Made by a program: the position numbers and the translations under genes
The notes under the pieces: model-generated
What the model was told of the DNA's origin: nothing
Database searches by the model: none
The model's input: the letters and a program-made list of their open reading frames with translations, nothing else
In this document: piece after piece, positions 60,649 through 64,000 of the stretch
Layout: every line of letters begins with the position of its first letter
Numbering within the stretch: position 1 is the stretch's first letter
From: an uncultured Chloroflexia bacterium
GTDB lineage: Bacteria; Chloroflexota; Dehalococcoidia; Dehalococcoidales; RBG-16-60-22
Assembly: GCA_963727315.1 (NCBI GenBank)
Contig: CAVSFE010000002.1
Location: 215,560 to 279,559, forward strand
Length of the DNA: 64,000 nt
Direction: 5' to 3'

Positions 60649-61155
60649 CTACTCCATCTTCTTAAACACCCTGGCCGCTGACCCGCAGATAGGGCACTTG
60701 TCCGGCGGTGAACCCGTTACGGTATTACCGCAGACCTGGCAGACGTAATAGGTGGCGTCCTCCGGCTTCTTGCCTTCTTTAACAGCTTTCAAAGCCACCT
60801 CGAAGTAACCGTAATGGATTTTCTCCACCTTGTTCGCCCAGTCGAAGGTGCGCTCGGCGCGCTCGTTCATCTCCTGTTTGGCCACTTCAATAAAATGCGG
60901 GTACATGCCGGTGAACTCCTGGTGCTCCCCGATGTTCGCCGCCATCAGGTTGTCCCTGGTCGAACCGATGGCGTCCATGGCATTCAGGTGATTACGGGCG
61001 TGCACCGTCTCGGCCTCGGCCACGGCGCGGAATAGTCTGGCGACCTGAGGATGGCCTTCCTTGTCCGCCTTCTCGGCAAAGAACACGTAGCGGCGGTTGG
61101 CCTTGCTCTCTCCGCCGAAAGCTTCCTGCAAATTGTTCTCGGTCTGATATGCCAT
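60649..61155 (-). CDS. rbr: Rubrerythrin
   Basis: Diiron ExxH motifs (EAETVHARNH, EKIHYGYF) and a C-terminal rubredoxin-like CQVCG…CPICG. Confidence 0.9.
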   Translation of the reverse strand: MAYQTENNLQEAFGGESKANRRYVFFAEKADKEGHPQVARLFRAVAEAETVHARNHLNAMDAIGSTRDNLMAANIGEHQEFTGMYPHFIEVAKQEMNERAERTFDWANKVEKIHYGYFEVALKAVKEGKKPEDATYYVCQVCGNTVTGSPPDKCPICGSAARVFKKME

Positions 61156-61189
61156 ATCGAACCCCCCGACTATTTTTCTTAATTTTATA

Positions 61190-62008
61190 CTAAGGACGAT
61201 AGATAATGCGAGCCGGTTTACGGGCCGGTATTCGCCGATATTTATGTTCAGGATAGCCTACCACCAGGGCGCCGTAAGGTGCAAATCCTTCCGGAAAGGC
61301 GATAGCCTCCATCATCGGGGGATAAGAGCCGGCCGACATATAAAAAAATCCGTCCCAGCAGCAGCCAAGCCCGGCGCTTATCGCCGCGAGGTCGAAGTAG
61401 CCCAGCGCGATGGCGCAGTCCGTAGCGGCGATGGGATTGCCCTTTTCCGAATAAGCTATAACAGCGGCCGGAGCGTCGTGGAAGAACGCGTCGATGCCGG
61501 CGTCGAGCGCCTGCACAATACCTGCGAACAGCGCTCCAAACGGCTTATTGCTTTTGACCATGAAACGCAGCCAGTCGGCCCCGATGGCCGCCAGTCGGCG
61601 CATATGAGCGCGGTCGTTAATGACCAGCCACTGCACCTCCTGCATATTGTGGCCGGTCGGGGCATAGCGGGCGACCTCGATGATACGCTCGATTTCTTCT
61701 TTTGGTACGTCTTTATCTTTAAACTCCCGAATCGACCGCCGACTCTTAATCAGCTGGGCACACCGGTCAAAGGAAGTCTCCAGCGATTTTTTTATTAATG
61801 GGGTCTGTTCTGCCGGCATTTCCCGGTGCGTCAGGCTGCCGGTGGGGCAAATCCCTACGCAGTGACCGCAGCGCATGCAGAATTCGTCTGTCCCCGGCAC
61901 CTGACGCGGGTAGCTACCCTCTTTAAAATAGATCATGCCGCCAGCGCAGGTCGCCGCGCAAAGTCCGCACTTGGTACACGTCTCCTTGTTCACTTCAATC
62001 AGAGTCAT
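61190..62008 (-). CDS. Nitroreductase-family protein with N-terminal 2x[4Fe-4S] ferredoxin domain
   Basis: CTKCGLCAATC and CMRCGHCVGICP, then the nitroreductase fold (RRSIREF…, APTGHNMQ). Confidence 0.8.
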   Translation of the reverse strand: MTLIEVNKETCTKCGLCAATCAGGMIYFKEGSYPRQVPGTDEFCMRCGHCVGICPTGSLTHREMPAEQTPLIKKSLETSFDRCAQLIKSRRSIREFKDKDVPKEEIERIIEVARYAPTGHNMQEVQWLVINDRAHMRRLAAIGADWLRFMVKSNKPFGALFAGIVQALDAGIDAFFHDAPAAVIAYSEKGNPIAATDCAIALGYFDLAAISAGLGCCWDGFFYMSAGSYPPMMEAIAFPEGFAPYGALVVGYPEHKYRRIPARKPARIIYRP

Positions 62009-62043
62009 GAAAAATCTCCTATCCTGATATCTCACCTAATATA

Positions 62044-62889
62044 TCATATCGTGGCAGCCAGATAAATTTTCATGCCCTGCGCCTGGCAGCGCCGGTACAG
62101 TTCTTCGGCTCGGGATTTTTCTTTAAATACGGCAAATAGAGCCGGGCCCGAGCCGGCGAGGTAAACATCGCAAACGCCGACTTTAATGAGGCTTACATTA
62201 AAGAGGAGCAGTCCGGAATAGACATGGAAGGCGATGTTTTTAAAAACGTTAAACAGCAGAGAGGCATCTGGTATTTTACCTTCCTTGATGGCGGCCGCCA
62301 GGCGGTCAGTGGCCGAGCCATCGGTGAAATGAGAAGCATTAAGGTTCGCATACATCCTGGCCGTCTTGAACGGGCTGACCTTGAAATCCGGGACGATGAC
62401 CAGAATCCACAACTCTTGGAGAGGGGGGAGGGGTGTAATTATCTCGCCCCGGCCTTCTGCCAGGGCGGTGCCGCCGTTTAAAAAGAAAGGCACATCCGAA
62501 CCCAGCCGCATTGCCAGTTCCTTGAGTTTCTCATACGAAAGATCAAGTCCCCAGAAATCGTTAAGTCCCTTCAACAAAGCGGCGGCGTCGGAGCTATCGC
62601 CGCCGAGGCCGGACAGCAGGGGGATGCGTTTTTCCAGCGATACCGCCGCCCCATGCCTACCGCCGGCGGCTTTCTGTAAAAGCTTGATAGCCTTGCTTAA
62701 AAGGCTGTTTTTCGCCGACCACCCCGGCATATCGCACTGGAAGGAAATATGCTTGCCCGATTCAATATGTAAGGTGTCGTAAAGGTCGATGGTCTGGAGC
62801 ACGCTGCGGATTTCGTGATAGCCGTCCGGGCGTTTCCGCAGGACCTCTAAAGTCAGGTTTATCTTGGCGGGGGCATTAACGGTAAACAC
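62044..62889 (-). CDS. ispE: 4-diphosphocytidyl-2-C-methyl-D-erythritol kinase
   Basis: APAKINLTLEVL, GHMP-kinase motif PLLSGLGGDSSDAAA, GSGPALFAVF. Confidence 0.85.
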   Translation of the reverse strand: MFTVNAPAKINLTLEVLRKRPDGYHEIRSVLQTIDLYDTLHIESGKHISFQCDMPGWSAKNSLLSKAIKLLQKAAGGRHGAAVSLEKRIPLLSGLGGDSSDAAALLKGLNDFWGLDLSYEKLKELAMRLGSDVPFFLNGGTALAEGRGEIITPLPPLQELWILVIVPDFKVSPFKTARMYANLNASHFTDGSATDRLAAAIKEGKIPDASLLFNVFKNIAFHVYSGLLLFNVSLIKVGVCDVYLAGSGPALFAVFKEKSRAEELYRRCQAQGMKIYLAATI

Positions 62890-62890
62890 T

Positions 62891-63762
62891 CTATTTCACC
62901 ACCCGATTATAGGTGCGCCATAGGTCCGCCCAGTCTTCGAGAGAAAGGGTCTCCGCTCTGCGCTTCGCGTCGATGCCCGCTTTTGCCAGCATGGCGGCGA
63001 CTTCTTCCTTGGGCAGGCCGAGGCTATGCGAGAGAGAATTTGAAATTTGCTTGCGGGCCGCCGAAAACCCGGCGCGCACCAGCTTAAAGAAACCGTCCGC
63101 GTCGTCCACCTCGACGGGGGGACGGGGGTAAACCTCTATCTTTACGACGGCGGAATCGACCTCCGGCGGGGGAAAAAGGCGGCGGCGGGGACATCAGCGA
63201 CTATTTCCGGTCGACCGTAAAACTGGACGGCGATGCTGAGCAGGCTGCGCTGTCCCGCCCCAGCCACGATGGTCTCCGCCACCTCTTTCTGCACCATTAA
63301 CACCATTAGCTCTGGTTTAACGGGCGCTTCGAGGAAATGGCGCAGGACGGGCGAGGTGATATAGTACGGCAGGTTGGCCACGACCTTGTAAGAGCGCAGC
63401 GCCGGCGGGAAGGAAGGGGCGCGCCCCCGCAATAATGCAGCGGGGTCGGTGCCGAGGACATCCTGGTTCAGAATAACGACGTTATCATAAGGCAATATCT
63501 TCGCTAGGATCTCAGCGAGGCGTTCGTCCAGCTCGATGGCGATGACCCAACCGGCGCGCCTCGCCAGCTCGGCGGTCAGGATACCCAGTCCGGGCCCGAC
63601 CTCGATAACCGTATCCTGAAGAGACAGCGCGGCCGCCTCCACGATAGTCTCCAGCACGGCCCCATCGACGAGGAAATTCTGTCCCAATCCCTTTTTCGCC
63701 CTGATGCCGTAGCGGCGCAGCAGGGCCTTCGTCTGACTTAAAAGCGAGGGGCGGCTATTCAT
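62891..63762 (-). pseudogene. rsmA: 16S rRNA (adenine1518/1519-N6)-dimethyltransferase RsmA/KsgA, one frame break as assembled
   Basis: GLGQNFL, VIEVGPGLGILT, VANLPYYITSP. A C-run (plus-strand G-run 63168-63172) is one base short, splitting FFPPPEVDSAVVKIE… from the N-terminal ORF. Confidence 0.85.
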
Positions 63763-63797
63763 AAAAATCAGAGGCCGTGCACCCGCCCTCGACTCCA

Positions 63798-63975
63798 CCC
63801 GACGGCTTGCCCGGGCCAGCCGGCTCCAGCCAGGCTCACCTGCGGCACCCGGATATAACTATTTACCGCTGCTTCCTTTCGGACCTGACGGGGTTCATAG
63901 CATTCCGCCGCGCAGGACCCGGCCTTCAACGCCACTTAGCACGGGCAGTCCCACCGGATAAAAGCCTCAGACGGG
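63798..63975 (-). ncRNA. ffs: Signal recognition particle RNA (4.5S/SRP RNA); ends uncertain
   Basis: The minus strand reads GTCAGGTCCGAAAGGAAGCAGCG (63868-63890). This is the near-invariant domain IV motif (E. coli GUCAGGUCCGGAAGGAAGCAGC) with a GNRA tetraloop. A long imperfect hairpin can be drawn over at least 63819-63924. Possible extra pairing exists between 63798-63808 and 63962-63975. Confidence 0.8.
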
Positions 63976-64000
63976 AATTCGACCCTGCTATAGCGGATTT

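Noticed and set aside
63950-64000. tRNA 3-prime half on the minus strand, suggested by GGGTCGAATTCCC resembling a T-arm.
   Set aside because: The stem pairs only 3 bp, the loop is TCGAATT rather than TTCGAAT, and no acceptor pairing can be checked because the window ends. The segment more likely belongs to, or flanks, the SRP RNA.

Overview
A 64-kb, high-GC (about 60% by eye) bacterial chromosomal segment with roughly 60 protein genes, 2 tRNAs and an SRP RNA. I found no rRNA, CRISPR array, transposase, integrase or phage genes.

Gene content, left to right:
- a tandem cupin pair and an orphan response regulator
- tRNA-Lys
- a GlgE-pathway alpha-glucan cluster (glgP-glgE-glgB plus a divergent GH57 gene)
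- a LexA-box-controlled imuB-dnaE2 mutagenesis cassette
- two tandem FAD oxidoreductase paralogs
- a cbb3-type oxidase locus whose N, O and dihaem-c parts are fused in one ORF
- an ABC-2 exporter
- an anaerobe-style redox block: acyl-CoA dehydrogenase, patatin-like lipase, ferredoxin, Zn-ADH, SnoaL-like protein, and iorA/gltD-like/iorB
- a lower-GC island next to tRNA-Val carrying catalase, MarR-MMPL and several gene relics
- housekeeping genes: dnaE, radC, comF, hpf, ogt, HD-GYP regulator, thpR, rplY, zupT, accC, split transketolase, dCMP deaminase, cca, rubrerythrin, nitroreductase, ispE, rsmA, ffs

The gene set and the GAAC-N4-GTTC LexA box fit a Chloroflexota-like (Dehalococcoidia/Anaerolineae-type) organism. 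That is inference only.

Most notable observations:
1. Three perfect palindromic hairpins sit in-frame inside dnaE2. They are related to modular hairpin arrays in two intergenic regions.
2. An IorA-type TPP subunit appears to have a GltD-like NAD(P)H flavoprotein module spliced into its ferredoxin domain.
3. The locus has a triple-fused CcoN-O-P oxidase with unusual accessory membrane proteins.
4. About two dozen indel-only frame breaks are concentrated in about 12 genes, including dnaE, rsmA and tkt. About 40 kb of other coding sequence is clean. This must be resolved as assembly error versus real decay before any functional claim is made.

All protein calls rest on motif recognition by eye. 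No database search was run.
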